64,000 nt of DNA from Neophaeotheca triangularis (taxonomy: Eukaryota), in assembly GCA_054600435.1 (NCBI GenBank), contig BAAIJX010000001.1, forward strand, positions 248,001-312,000, read 5' to 3'. The notes below the pieces were generated by a model. It was not told where the DNA came from. It worked only from the letters and a program-made list of their open reading frames with translations, and searched no databases. Positions 33,735 to 46,145 of the stretch are shown piece by piece. Numbering within the stretch: the first letter of the stretch is position 1; each line of letters opens with the position of its first letter. Position numbers and translations under genes: made by a program.

Positions 33735-35567
33735 CTAACCGACGACTCCAACTGCACGCGATGCAACACGTCCATCATACTCGCACGAGTAGCCATACCC
33801 GGCCTCGGACCCTTCCCAATGTCGCGCAAACCAACCACGGCGACGACGTTCATGACGTCTCCTCTTGAACAAAGGCACGACTTGCACGAAACCGGCCTTT
33901 GCAATCTCAACGCCAGTCTCGAAACCCCGCTTGGCGACGGTGCCCATATGGCTCAGCTCATCCGCTCGGTCCCCAGCGTAGATGCCCCAAGCCTCCACCT
34001 CTGTCGCTCCATTCCAGCTGACGTACACTTTGACTCTACCCCCAGCACACCGCTCGGCGACGACTCTGAGCTCCTCGACGCGAGGACAGCCGGTCCAGGG
34101 GTGCTTGAAATCGCGATACCCAAGCGTGGGCCTGCGCTCCAGCTCTTTGGGCGCTCCGAATTGGAACGTGTTCACAATCTCGCCACGTGAATCGAACTCC
34201 TCGGCAACGGGGATCCAGCCATGTCCGACAAAGACATTGCCATTGGGAAGGACCTGTAGGTTCCCCTGGGCGGTCGAAAAGATGGCATCGTCGGGGTTCC
34301 GGTATTCGCGCCTTAGACTCGCAGTCATGTCGGCCAAGTCCACGTTCAAGACCTTGCCCGAGCTGGGCACCGTTCCGTTCTCAATCGGCGAGTTGGCGTT
34401 GTCGTGCATCCGGATGGCAATCTGTGACTGGCCGGGCGTGGGGAACGTGGGCTCGGCGCGGATGTCGTGTTGGTAGCAGAATCCGGCGCCCTCGTCTAGC
34501 AGTTCAAAGTCGCCGCCGTCGCGGCCCTGTAGCACCCATTTGACGTCCCCATTGCGACGGGAGAAGTGTACGGCGGCGCAATAGAAGCGCGAGCTGATGA
34601 GGTAGCCGTCGGCGAAAGGGGAGACGGCGTTGATGTGGAAATACCCCCAAGCTGTTTGTTGCGATTGGCCGTCGTAGCCTTCGGAGCCTAGGGGGTAGAC
34701 GGAGTCTGACAGAGGGAGGGCGTCTTGGTGGTCGAGCGTGCTCCATTGGAATAGGACCTCGTTGGTTGCTATGTCGATTTCGTAGACGAGGCAGTCGACG
34801 ATCCAGCCTTCTTTCGGCCCGCCTACTGATGAGAGGTCGGAAAGTGTCACGTTGTTTGCCGTGACGAGCATGGTGTCTTGCTCTGTGATGTAGATTTCGT
34901 GGAGGTCGATGTTGCTCTCGAAAGTCGCCCCGGGCGTGAGTTCGAGGAAGTTGCCGGGTAGTTTGACCGTGGTGATTTCCTCGTACTGCTTGTTGAGCAG
35001 ATGGACCACGCCGTTGCCTCGTCCGACAGGCTCGGGGAAGAGCGAGCCATTCCAGTAAGCGAGGACTTCTTCACCTTGGTAGGCATAGACGCCGAAGTTG
35101 AAGGCATGTGAATCGGGTCCGTTCCAGATGAGGCTTCCGTGGACATCCATGACCAGGGGTGCCGTCTGGGAAGCTTCCGGACCGTCTGGGGCGATGAATA
35201 GGTACCCTTCCTGATCACCGGGAGGTACATGATGGGTTGCATTTAGTACTGGGGGCGTAAAGTCTACCGTCTTGAATGTTCGATATGGCCATGTTGCGTT
35301 GCCGAAATTGTGGGCTGGGATGATTGTGCTGGATGTCAGACCATGCAATCCGGGTGCCCACAGGCTATTACTCTGGGTAAACATGTTGCTGCAGTGTTGG
35401 GCAAGAGAGAATAGGTCGAGTCCGCTCCATGGATTGATGATACATAGTAGGAGGATCGTACCGCAGATCGCGGATACATTCTTCCGACGGAGACCGCAGT
35501 GCGCGGCGGTCTGTGAGGGACGGCATAAGGTTTGATCGCTGTCGTCTGGCACTCCCGGTGACTTCAT
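33735..35567 (-). CDS. Arylsulfotransferase (ASST)-domain protein with an N-terminal TM segment
   Basis: DLHEIYIT, YFHINAV, YLISSR, FCYQHDIR, QGNLQVLPNGNVFVGHG and VYVSWNGATEV...GFET motifs. Confidence 0.85.
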   Translation of the reverse strand: MKSPGVPDDSDQTLCRPSQTAAHCGLRRKNVSAICGTILLLCIINPWSGLDLFSLAQHCSNMFTQSNSLWAPGLHGLTSSTIIPAHNFGNATWPYRTFKTVDFTPPVLNATHHVPPGDQEGYLFIAPDGPEASQTAPLVMDVHGSLIWNGPDSHAFNFGVYAYQGEEVLAYWNGSLFPEPVGRGNGVVHLLNKQYEEITTVKLPGNFLELTPGATFESNIDLHEIYITEQDTMLVTANNVTLSDLSSVGGPKEGWIVDCLVYEIDIATNEVLFQWSTLDHQDALPLSDSVYPLGSEGYDGQSQQTAWGYFHINAVSPFADGYLISSRFYCAAVHFSRRNGDVKWVLQGRDGGDFELLDEGAGFCYQHDIRAEPTFPTPGQSQIAIRMHDNANSPIENGTVPSSGKVLNVDLADMTASLRREYRNPDDAIFSTAQGNLQVLPNGNVFVGHGWIPVAEEFDSRGEIVNTFQFGAPKELERRPTLGYRDFKHPWTGCPRVEELRVVAERCAGGRVKVYVSWNGATEVEAWGIYAGDRADELSHMGTVAKRGFETGVEIAKAGFVQVVPLFKRRRHERRRRGWFARHWEGSEAGYGYSCEYDGRVASRAVGVVG

Positions 35568-36155
35568 ATCGTTACTGCGCACGATTGCACTCCAATGTCT
35601 TGAGCTAACCTTCAAGCATCAAAAGCTCAAGAATAGACGGCTGTCTGCGACTTGTGTTGTCAGGTCGGAGATGTTGTGAGGACGAGTTAAAGTGGAGGTG
35701 TCCCCCATTTGCTCATTATCTGGAGGTACAAGCAAGGCCCAAGAGAAGCTTGTCATCAATTTGGCACGGACTAGAAAGAGCAGCAGGATGCAAGAATCAA
35801 TGCTTATAGCCTGCTTGTTCTAGTCTAGAAGAAGAGTATCTCAGACATTAATAGTAGAAGCGCCATGTTCTAGGACTCTTTAATGTTCTCAAAGTCCCAT
35901 TGAGAATCCCACCATTATGCCCCATGCATGCCCCGCCCCGCCTCCAGACTCCTCGACAGTAATGCCCGTCGTGTAGTCTAAAAAATTACCAAACTTCCAC
36001 AACGTGGGACCAGCCCTGGTCCAACTTGATATTCGAAGGGAAGGAAAACACCCACAACGCCTTGCCTGGCTCAAAAGTGCCCACCGTGCTACAACGTCAA
36101 TGTCTCGCTGAATCGAAGAATCGTCGTGAAAACTGCGTTGGAAAATTGATGCAGC

Positions 36156-38219
36156 TCAATAGAGGGGTTGCTTCACATCAGCGACGCCGCGCTTGATCAC
36201 ATCTTCAAGCTTCCACCGTGGCGGCGTGATGGCTGGGCTGACTCCAGCTTCGAGACATGAGCGCACCTCTTGCTCTTTCTCGTTCAATAGACCGTCGTGG
36301 AAGGGTTCCCTTCCTCCAGCGATGCCCGAGCTGAACTTGAGCTGCAAGACGTCGCCGGTCTCGTCGACTGCAGCAAGCAGGCGGTCTAGATCGTCCTTGG
36401 TGTGGGCTGCGCTGACGCAGAAGCGAGCTCGCGAGGAAATCAGGGGAGTTGCGGGGTACCCAACCACGACGACGGCAATCTTGCGCTTGAGCATTTCGTG
36501 AGAGAAGGCAGGAATTTTAGCGGGGTGGTAGAGCAGCAGAGGGATGATCGGGGAGTCGTCGTGACCGTAAACAATGAAGCCTAGGCGCTTGAGACCAAGA
36601 CGTAGGTACCTGCTGTTGAAAGCGAGACGCTGGAGACGCTCCTCGCCCTGGTTGCCCGCGAGTTCACCTGCGATAATTCGGAGAGATGTCGCAATCTGAG
36701 TCAAGACTGCGGGACACGGTGATTCGCCGAAGATGGTGCCAGCGTTGGTGACGCGAATTTTGTCGACGACCGCCTTGCTGGCAGCAACGTAACCACCATT
36801 GGCGCCGAACGATTTGGTGAAGGTTCCCATGAGAATGTCAACCTCGTTGGGGCTGATGCCGAAGTAGTCGCAGACGCCGCGACCGCGGGGGCCGAGGGCG
36901 CCGATTGAATGAGCTTCATCCACGTAGAGAGCAAACTTGTACTTGTTGCGCAGAGCGACAAGGCCAGGCAGATTACACATGGTGCCCTCCATACTGTACA
37001 GACCCTCAACGGCGACGAGAATCTTGCGCCAGGGACGGTGGGTGCGCGGCTGTCCTTGGCTGATGCGTTCGCGGAGGAGGCGTTCGAGGTCGTTCATGTC
37101 GTTGTGCTTGAACATGTCTATCACTGCACCTGAGACACGTGCACCGTAACGAATGGAAGAGTGGTTTAGCTGGTCGGAGATCATGAGGCAGCCCTTGCCG
37201 ACAAGTGCCGGGAAAATGGTCGCATTCGTTACGAATCCCATGCTGTAGATTGAGGCCGCCTCTTTGCCCACAAAATCTGCAATCAACCGCTCCACCTCAA
37301 TGTGCATCTCATTCGTTCCAGAGTCTCCTCGAGGGGAGCAAAACGAGATGCCGTATTTCTTGGTGTTCTGTTCCGCCGTGTCCGCGCATTCACCCTCGGA
37401 CTGCGCAAACCCGAGGTAGTTGTAGGAGCTCATATTGAGAGTTTGAGTGGTTGTGCCGGTCAACTTGAAGCTGAGGTTGAAGTCGTCACTCGTGCGATCC
37501 AAAAGCGTGATGAAGCGACCCGGAACCCCAGTCACAGGCCTCCTGAAACAATCATTGATTCGCAATTGCAACCTCCTAGTGTAGAAGTTGTCGAAATCGC
37601 TGTTCAGCGGCGCATATCCGTCCCGTTCTTGCAGATGCCTGTAGTTTTCTTGCTTGAATCTCTTGCCGAAAAAGTCTCTGACGTGACCGAAGACGATGAG
37701 GATGAGGTAAGAGATGTAGGTTGTGATGAGGTAGTAGTACGGAGGTTCGTCCTCGATGGGATCGGGAAAATCGGCGCCCACGAAGCGGGATGAGTATAGA
37801 TGTTGCTTGCTGCCCATAGGACCAAAAGCGGCATGTTGCTTCTGGAGACGCTTTGCCTCTGCGGGACTCGGCGGTGAAAAGAGAGTCAATGGCCGCTGTA
37901 CATCGTCCATCTTCGTCTTCTCAGCAGTCGCGGTGGTGAGGTTAATGGTGGGCAAGCTTAATGTCGGTGTCTGGGGGCTGGGTGGGCGGAAGATTGGGTG
38001 CGCCGGAGGCTCGAGTCTGCGGTCGTTGGAGGGCTCAGCGGCTTTTGGAGTCTTCGGGGAGCCGCCAAAGGGTATGCTGAAACGAGGGGCGCGGAAGCGA
38101 GGTTGTCGAGGTTCTTTGACTTGGCGCGTCTCTATGCGGACAGGCTCTTTTTCGGAGTAGACCTCTGTAGGGTGGGAGGTGGGCGAGGAGGCAAACGGAT
38201 TCAAGGTGCGGATAGGCAT
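36156..38219 (-). CDS. LCB2: Serine palmitoyltransferase subunit LCB2
   Basis: LNMSSYNYLGF, VEGLYSMEG, YVDEAHSIGA, PLP-lysine motif GTFTKSFG and RARFCVSAAHT. Confidence 0.97.
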   Translation of the reverse strand: MPIRTLNPFASSPTSHPTEVYSEKEPVRIETRQVKEPRQPRFRAPRFSIPFGGSPKTPKAAEPSNDRRLEPPAHPIFRPPSPQTPTLSLPTINLTTATAEKTKMDDVQRPLTLFSPPSPAEAKRLQKQHAAFGPMGSKQHLYSSRFVGADFPDPIEDEPPYYYLITTYISYLILIVFGHVRDFFGKRFKQENYRHLQERDGYAPLNSDFDNFYTRRLQLRINDCFRRPVTGVPGRFITLLDRTSDDFNLSFKLTGTTTQTLNMSSYNYLGFAQSEGECADTAEQNTKKYGISFCSPRGDSGTNEMHIEVERLIADFVGKEAASIYSMGFVTNATIFPALVGKGCLMISDQLNHSSIRYGARVSGAVIDMFKHNDMNDLERLLRERISQGQPRTHRPWRKILVAVEGLYSMEGTMCNLPGLVALRNKYKFALYVDEAHSIGALGPRGRGVCDYFGISPNEVDILMGTFTKSFGANGGYVAASKAVVDKIRVTNAGTIFGESPCPAVLTQIATSLRIIAGELAGNQGEERLQRLAFNSRYLRLGLKRLGFIVYGHDDSPIIPLLLYHPAKIPAFSHEMLKRKIAVVVVGYPATPLISSRARFCVSAAHTKDDLDRLLAAVDETGDVLQLKFSSGIAGGREPFHDGLLNEKEQEVRSCLEAGVSPAITPPRWKLEDVIKRGVADVKQPLY

Positions 38220-40578
38220 CTTTCTGAGTGGTGCGAATTATGTATTAGTTATGAAGTTACTCGCGTGATATCGCTGCAGCTAGGCAGCCCAGGATGGTTG
38301 GAGGATTGTTGTATGCGAAGAAAACGAGGAAGCTGGCCGCAGGGAACAATTGAGCAATAAGCGCCGTGGTCCAGGACTGCTAGTAGGGAGGGTGAGGTGG
38401 AGAGGCGGAAATGGAGGAAAGGGCGGTGTTGGTGGTTAAGGGCGAAGTGTGGTAAGCCGGAGGAGCCGGGAGGATTGGTAGGTAGGTAGGTACAGTAAGA
38501 TGAGCCTGGGTGAGGTGGTCGTGATTGCGCTCCCGCAGGTATCCGGCACAGGAGAGAGCGGTAGATAGGTATGTAGGTGTCGAGTAGGAGGTAGGTGCGA
38601 GTCTCGTCCAAGGTGATGGACTTAAGGTTGTGATGAAAGACGGGTAATAATGGAAGATTGAGGAGATCAGAACGATGATGATGATGATGCTGCGGCGCCG
38701 TTCGGCGGTCGGGCAAAACGCTGGCCGAGCAACCGTTCCAGCCTCTGTGATTTCTTCTCTTTTTTTGCCGTCTTTTGACAAGCCGTTGCCGACCAGACTT
38801 TTTCGTTTTTATCTTCCGAGTATCCGTGGTAGTGGGGAGGTGGTGGTGGTGGTGATGGTGGTCGTTGTGGTGGGGACGGTTGATATTGATGTTGATGTTG
38901 ATGTTGTTGTGGTCGTCCTGTCCTCGAAGAAACGGGGCTCCCGTGCCAGGCAGCAGCAGCAGCAGATGCAAAGGTATTATTATGCAAGCAAGGCTGACAA
39001 TGGCCGGGGGCTTCCAATTATGCAGGCAAATTGCTCGTAGTGGCGCAGTCTAGTCTGACTTGTAGGGACAGGGAGGGACCTAGCGAAAAAGAGAAAAAGA
39101 CTTGGCTTACCACGCGCGCATTCCGTGGCCAAACGGCAAATGTGTATTATTGAGCTCAGTCGTCTTCCTTTTCTCCTTTTGTTCTTAGAAATCCGTCCGT
39201 CTCGCTGCCTCGGGCTGTAGTCGTTAGATGGAATAGATATGTAGGTAGTTGGTGCTTGGCGATGGATCGGACGACGATGGGGGGCCAAGTCGAACAAATA
39301 CAGTATCTCTCTTGTTGCGCGCGCGCGTGGATGTAGGCTTGGGAGAAAAGCGAGCGCGAAGAAAACAGATGCAGGAAACGAGTGCACGGAGTGGTATGTT
39401 ATTATTATTATTATTACATGTGGAATAGCAGTAATAACTCACTAAATAATTCTAATCTATCGCGTCGCCTCCTACCCTGCTGACCCGTCTACCCGTTCGC
39501 GTGTATTCGGAGATGAAGGTTGCCCAGTGGTCCACCGAGCAACCAATGCTTTCTTTACACCCTTTTTCCCCTGCTCAGGGGCCGGCCGTGTAGGTAGGCT
39601 GTAGCATCCGTGCTGCTTTGCCCGTCTTCCTCCTACTACTGCTAGGAGGTACCTAATAAGTAGAGTCTACTAGTCAATCCCTTGAGAGCAAAGACAGAAC
39701 AGCAACAAGTTCCCTGACCTACTAAAATAATTATTACTCATCAAAGGTACTCCTGGCCGCATCGTTCCAGCTTCCTTGCCATACCTAGGTACCTAAGATA
39801 CCTACCTAGGTAGGAAGGGAGCTTTTACTCAAAATCCCCCGACGTCACCTCGATGCATAAAAACGACATCGGCCCAACCTAGGTAAGATTTCTCGCACAC
39901 GACAAATCGTGCATCTAATAAACAAGCAGACAGACCTAGTGGAGCTCATTTCTGCAGGTACCGCTTCACACTTTGGTACTAGGAAAATCTTAAATCACCG
40001 CCAAATACCTACATGTACCTTACCTTGGTGGTAAACAAACAGTGGTGAATTGCATAAAAGACCGATGCAATCATAATCATTATTTATCAGTAATGTTCTT
40101 TGGGGGTTTGAACCGACGGGACCCTGTTCGTACGTTGGACTCGATCGCTTCAACACTATGTACTGACGAAGCAGACTCGGCTTGTCAGTAGTAGTAGTAG
40201 TCGCGAGGTTCATCAGGGATTTTTGGGCACGGTGAAACGTGGAGAGTCAATAATGAAACAGTCTTGACAGTGTACGGGAGTCGTTCGTCCGACGCCGTCA
40301 CAGCGGACCGAATCTCTCGTCCCGTCAGAAGGGCATCCATCAATCATTTCGGCTCTGCTACGAAGCCTGCCACGAACACTACTGATCCAACGGGACATTT
40401 GGAAATTTGAGAACATTTCTCTCAGGTTTGACAAACTTGACGCGTCCAAGGGTGCTCTTCGAGCCGCCGGTATCGCTCTAAGATTATATACATATCCCAT
40501 CATCATCATCATCATCGTCTAGATAGCATTGGCCCCACGCGACTCGTACATGGTAATTGCGCCGGGCGCAGTCGCTCC

Positions 40579-41996
40579 CTACTTGATTCCAAAGCAGTTG
40601 GCGTAGTAGGTAAGAGTTCCCGGCCAGTCGACAAAAATGTGCGTGACACCGACCTGCTGCGTGAGCACGTCGATGAGGGTGTATTGATCGCCGTCGTTGT
40701 TGATAACCTCGGAGAGACCGGTGTAGTAGTATCCTCCGCCATCAATCGAGAGCGGGGGGGAACGCTCGACGGTCCAGGTGATGATTTCCAAACCGGCCTC
40801 CTTTGCCGCTACGGCGTAGCTGGAAGGCGCCATCTGCTGTGTCGCGTTGTCGACGGTGACAAGCTGCCAGGTGGAAGGCGCAATGATCTTTACTCCCCTG
40901 TCGGCGATGCCCTGGAGAGAGGCGACGGCCTCTTCGTATGCTTCTAGGCCCTGGTCGGCGCGCTCGTCGAGGAAGACGGCTTGCTTGCCGAAGTCAGGGT
41001 AGTTTTCGAGCCAAAAGTAGATGTCGTCGGGCACGAAGGATTGAAGCCAGACGCGCGAAGGATCGATGCCGAGCTCAAGGAACTCGTCGGCGATTTGAGA
41101 GATGAAGTCCTCTTGAGTGTAGTCTCCGTCGAACGGCATAGGGATCTCGGGCTCTTTGGCCTCGGCTGTGAAGTCCATACCAAGCTCGTCGCTGATCTCA
41201 ATCATGTCCTTCATGGACATGATGTCAGTGCAAGAGTAAGCGTAAAGGTTGGTGCGCCAGTCGGGGGTGCTGCCAGTACGGCCGCTAAATTCGCTGGCGT
41301 TCCTGGCGTTGAAGGTCGTTGCTTCCATCTCGGGGCAGAGGGTGTAGTACTTTTAACCAAAGTTAGCTTGAACCCGCACTCACGTCTTTGTCCTCTTTAG
41401 GAGTCTAACCTCGTCGAGGGTGATGTCGCTGGTGCAGCATTTAGCGGTAGCCTCGGTGCCGGTCTCGGGATCGTAGGGGACGAATGGCTCGCTGCACTTG
41501 GCTGCAAGATCGGGGTGGGCCAAAATATTGGTGGTGTAGTGGAGATCGCAATTGGAGTGGCGGCAGACGAGTTGGCGATCGCTAGTGAACGAAACGTCGC
41601 ACTCCATGATACCTTGAGAGACAATGTTAGCCACAGGAAGCAGAAGATTCCTGGTAGTCATCTCTCACCTGCTCCCATCCGGGCAGCAGCTTCATAGCCC
41701 TGCCTGCTATGCTCCGGGAACATGAGAGGAGCGCCTCTGTGGGAGATGACAAAATTTGAGCGCTCATTCTCGCCCTCGGAGCAGCTCTCGAGCTTCTCCT
41801 TGAGCGGACCATCATCCATGTCATCGACGAGATAGTACGGCCGTGGTCCGAGAGAGATCTTGTAGTCCTTTTTGGCATTCTTTTGGTGATGCTCAGACTT
41901 GCTGCCCCAAGGACCCCATTTGCCCATTGGCCCAGGTAGAGCAGAGGCGACATTGAAGGCCGCAGAAGCAGCGACAAAGGTGGTGAACGACTTCAT
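40579..41996 (-). CDS. Secreted glycerophosphodiester phosphodiesterase (GDPD); exons 41996-41669, 41612-41410, 41349-40579
   Basis: Signal peptide [21 protein letters not shown]. Motifs [38 protein letters not shown] and IFVDWP. Confidence 0.92.
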
Positions 41997-42025
41997 CTTG
42001 GTGGGGATCTAGCAATCGACCGGAG

Positions 42026-42053
42026 AAGAGGGAGAGAGAGAGAGAGAGAGAGA
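42026..42053. repeat. (GA)n tract in the GDPD 5' leader
   Basis: Direct read. Confidence 0.8.
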
Positions 42054-43165
42054 TATGGGACGGGAAACTGAACTGAGCGTGCCTATCCTACCTTTCGCAG
42101 GACGAGTGCAAGGGAGCTTGCGGACCCTTTTTGTAGGACACTGAGGAGCTACGGCTGTGATAGGATTGCGTCGGTTCCTGCATGTGAAGAGAAGAGAGGA
42201 GAGGTCTGCGGCGAGCGGGAAGCATGCTCGACGCTCGTGTTCTGGTCACGGCCGTTGAGTGGTTCGTCAAGATGCCTAGGTACTGGAGGTACTACTGTCA
42301 CTACTGTACGATCGGGTAACATACAGCAGTAGCCTTATCCACCTTTACCGTGCTCTACCCGAGAAGGCTGTGGCTAGGTATCGTAGACAGAGAGCGTAGA
42401 GTTTATGACGAGCGCCCAGGCTGGAGCGCAAATAATGGCGTGGCAAGGTTCGGGTTGTTAGTACCTTATAGGTACCACCTAGTTCCTAGTAGTAGTAGTG
42501 TGGAGTCTGGCGTTCATAGTGCAAAAGAAACAACAATGATTGCAAGCGCCCTCTGCATTCATTGTCATGGCCGGATGCTATCACAATACATCTCGGCGTC
42601 GTGAGACAAGCCGGCTCATTGCCGCATCAATGCAATGGAAGAACAGGCTTGTCCTCCGTGATATGTGGCTGCCAGGCGTACATGTGCCTCGTTTGACCGT
42701 GACAGAAACCCCAATGCACGAGTGGAAATAGCACTACGTAGACATTCTCGAGAATCAAACGTAGAAACGAGCGGTACCGTTGGAAAAAAGGAAATGCATT
42801 GCATTGTTCGAAGGGTATCAAACACCCCATTTCGCCACCAGCATTGCTTACGCCGAGCCAGTATCCTTGCTCAACCCCGTAATGCCTTCCAAAGCGCCCG
42901 ACGCCTTCGCTCCATCCATGCCGCTACGTGAATGGTCGTAGAAATCCGTGAACATTCGCCTCGAGCCCCGGTTGCAAGCAGAACGACAACAGAGAGCGCG
43001 CACTGCAATGCTCGTCCTTGCCGCCTTGATCATGGACGTGGACGACCACACTGGGGCGTCATCTTACGTGGGGATGCAATGACGCGGACGCGCAATTCCC
43101 CAGTCTCTACAAGTCGCACCATTATTAGCATCCCATCTACAAGCCTTCGCCTACTCCGTGATTAT

Positions 43166-44129
43166 TCAGGAAAGCCCACTCATGTCGACCCTGTTACTCG
43201 CAAAGTCCCACAGCATCTTGATGAGATTGTCCGGCAAGGTGTAGAGGTCCACGTGAAATTCGCCATTCTCGACATCGTTCTTGGTGTACGTATCCTCGCT
43301 CTTGTTGTCGTGCACCATCTGCACCACCTGCAACAGGTCGTCCTCGCCGAGGTGAGGGAGAGCTTCGGCCAGCTTTTCCATGTCGACGTTGCGCGTGCCT
43401 GCTTTCTTCTTCTTCTGTGGGGGAGCGCCAGTGCCGTTGGTAGCTCCATCGCCAGTGGATGGGACGGGGCCAGAATCCTTGAGAAGCGCAAGAAGCTCGG
43501 GTTTGGGGTTACGGAAGGTCTGTAATGGCACGACGGTCTCAGCTTGGGACTCTCTCGCCATCGCCAGGTGTCTATCAAACTTACAATGTTGTGGGTGCTC
43601 TCATAGCGTTCTTGCTGGAAGTTGAGGTCGTGGCCAAGGGTATGCTCGCTCGATTTTCCGCCGCCCATGGGGAGGAGCAGAATCTGCATGTCGAACTCAC
43701 CCCAGCCCTTCTCGTTAATGGTGAAAGGGGGCTGCTTGAAAGCTACCGGCCGTTGTCAGCTCGCGCCATTGGCAGAGGAGGTCCTGCGGTTGCAGTCGGG
43801 TGTGCTTACTCTGCCTCATCCTCTTCGTTCCGAATGACTCATGAAGAACGTATGTGGCCTTCTCGAAGCAGTTTGGCACAATCTCCTCGCCGTCTGGGCC
43901 AACGAGGAAGATTGAGATGCTCCATGAGCGCATAGGGAATCCCTCGGCTTCCGGCGGATCGTTGCTGTTCGCCGTTTGTCAGCCATCATCCTGCTGTTCG
44001 GGACGGTATTGAGTTGGACTCACTTAACGGACTGCTGGGTGACCAGCTTCACGGTGCGCTTGACCTGTTCGAAAGCGTGAGCGAGAGTAAATCCGCATTT
44101 TTGGACGTGTCTTCACATACGTCAGGCAT
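43166..44129 (-). CDS. TAF14: YEATS+ET domain protein Taf14/Tfg3; exons 44129-44121, 44064-44024, 43964-43810, 43742-43585, 43519-43166
   Basis: MPDVKRTVKLVTQQ...EGFPMRSWSI...YVLHESFG...PPFTINEKGWGEFDM...LGEDDLLQVVQMV...GEFHVDLYTLP; 238 aa. Confidence 0.95.
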
Positions 44130-44847
44130 TGTGAGCAATGCGCCTCGTTTTCGCGTGAGTTAGTCTGTTGTGCGTGACTTGGGTGAGGTGGATGTTGAGC
44201 TTCGCAGGTGGCAGTAGAATCGATGATGAGAAGCGAGAGTCCTTTCGCGCAAGGAGGTGGAGGAATTGCGGCACGGCGCGTGAAGGTCGTGTGTAGTGGT
44301 AGGTGAGCTCACAAGTTGCTCGTGAAGCTGAGGGTGTGGGGTTGAATACAGAACAGCCCTGGCACGAGCTCGCTGCCGGATTCCGAGCATGAGGGCCTCA
44401 GGCCACAAAATCATCAATGGTGAAATAAACCAACTTTGGCGATTGTTGTCGTGGTGCATAAGGGCTGGGGCGCATTGACGAGCACAAGTGCACTCAATGC
44501 TCGCGGTAACTGATTGGAGGGTCATTCACGTTTGATTTCGTCTAGCTAATGGGGTTCTCTATGCAGGGTATGGGGTATGAATCAACGCGCTAGCTCTCCC
44601 TTGAATCCGCCTTGCTTGCTGTGCTTCACTACTGAATACGGTCGGGGGTGATGATGCAGTATGAAACGCCTAGAAAATGCGAGCTAGTCGAGGTCGTCGA
44701 GCTGTGGTGCCTGGGAGGATCTCGTCTCGAAAAGACGGGCCTCGTCTGGTGGTAGAGGTGACCTTTCTGTCATTCGAAGACTCGCCTATGTGGGGAGACT
44801 AAACGCGGAGCATTTGGAGTTACCGGCTGTAGTGCTCATTGGCGAGT

Positions 44848-45670
44848 TCAAGAGCTGTCCGCAAAAAGCTTCTCGTTCTCCTGCTGGGCCTTGATGAACG
44901 CTTCCTTGAAGTTGTTGGCGTCTGAGAAAGTGTCAGTGTTAAGCTTGTGTAAACAGAACATGGGGGAAATCGGCTTACTCTCGGAGTTGGCAAAGCGGAT
45001 GGCAAGAGTCGAGGCCTCTGGCTCACCCTCGGACACGTCTGCGGCGGCGTTCCAGACCCAGCTGCGGTCGCTGCCCACGTTTGGCGAGAGCTTCATGTCG
45101 GGGACGACTATAGAATTGTCAGCCGGTGTTGCTCCACCATTTGACGACTGGCGTTCGATACGTACTATAGTGGTTGGCGCAGACCTTCAACGTCTTGTCT
45201 CTTCTCATGACCAGCCTCGTCTTGCCGTTCTCCTTGTGCTTGAGCAGCCTGACATCGCCAGTGCCTCTCTCCTTCCAATCCCTACTCTCACGGTCGAACT
45301 TGAAGAGCTTCGCCCTCATCTTGAAGGTCTGCTCCTCGAGCTCCTCGTTGGTCTTGGTGTCGACCTTCTCGGTCAGGTGGACGACAGGCTGGAACTCGAC
45401 ATCGGGCTCGGCCTCATCAGCCTTCTCTTCATCATCCCCCTCTTTGGCAGCGGCTTGGGCCTTGGCAGAGCCTGAGCGGTCATTCTCCTCCTGCTCCTCC
45501 TCTGGCTTGGCCTCCTTCTTCGCACCGCCGCCAAACATGGAGAAGACGTTGTCCTTGACTGCGGCGGCGGTCTCGCTCGCCTGCTCCGTCACTGGCTTCG
45601 ACTCATTCGCGGCATCGCCCGTCTTGCCGACGTCGGAGGTGTTCTCGACCTTCTTTTCTTCGTCCGCCAT
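44848..45670 (-). CDS. YRB1: Ran-binding protein 1 (RanBP1); exons 45670-45166, 45107-44979, 44921-44848
   Basis: [65 protein letters not shown]. Confidence 0.96.
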
Positions 45671-46145
45671 GGCTGTTGTTTGTGGTTTGTTGTTTTCGGT
45701 TGGGTTTGCTTGCTTTTGAGCTGTTGGCTGGTTGTTGTACTGACAAGTTCAGGGGGAAGGGTGTGGGATGTGTTGTCTCTTGAAGCCGAGTGACGTTCCA
45801 GAATTCTGAGATCGCGCCAAGAAAAGCACGGCCCTTGGATAGCCATAGAAAGGCAATGTATGAGACATAATTCACTGGAGACAGCACGTGGCACGTACAA
45901 TATGACTTGTTTGTCATGCTTTGAGATAACAGCCCAGATATCAAAGAAATCGAATCTGAACATATAGACTTGTAGGAAAGTCTTTCCATCCTTGCATCTT
46001 CCTCCTAAAAGCTCCCTAACGCCTTGTTGCACACAATTCTAGGAAACGCCCCTTTCCCACCAACGAGCCGGGTATCAGGCTAGAAATCAACTGTGAAACC
46101 AACCGCAACGCTCAATTTGTTATGCTTGCTCGTTCCCAACTATCG

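Noticed and set aside
38249..39053. Low-complexity ORFs upstream of LCB2
   Set aside because: They arise from trinucleotide repeats in the leader/promoter; mostly non-ATG starts and no homology cues.
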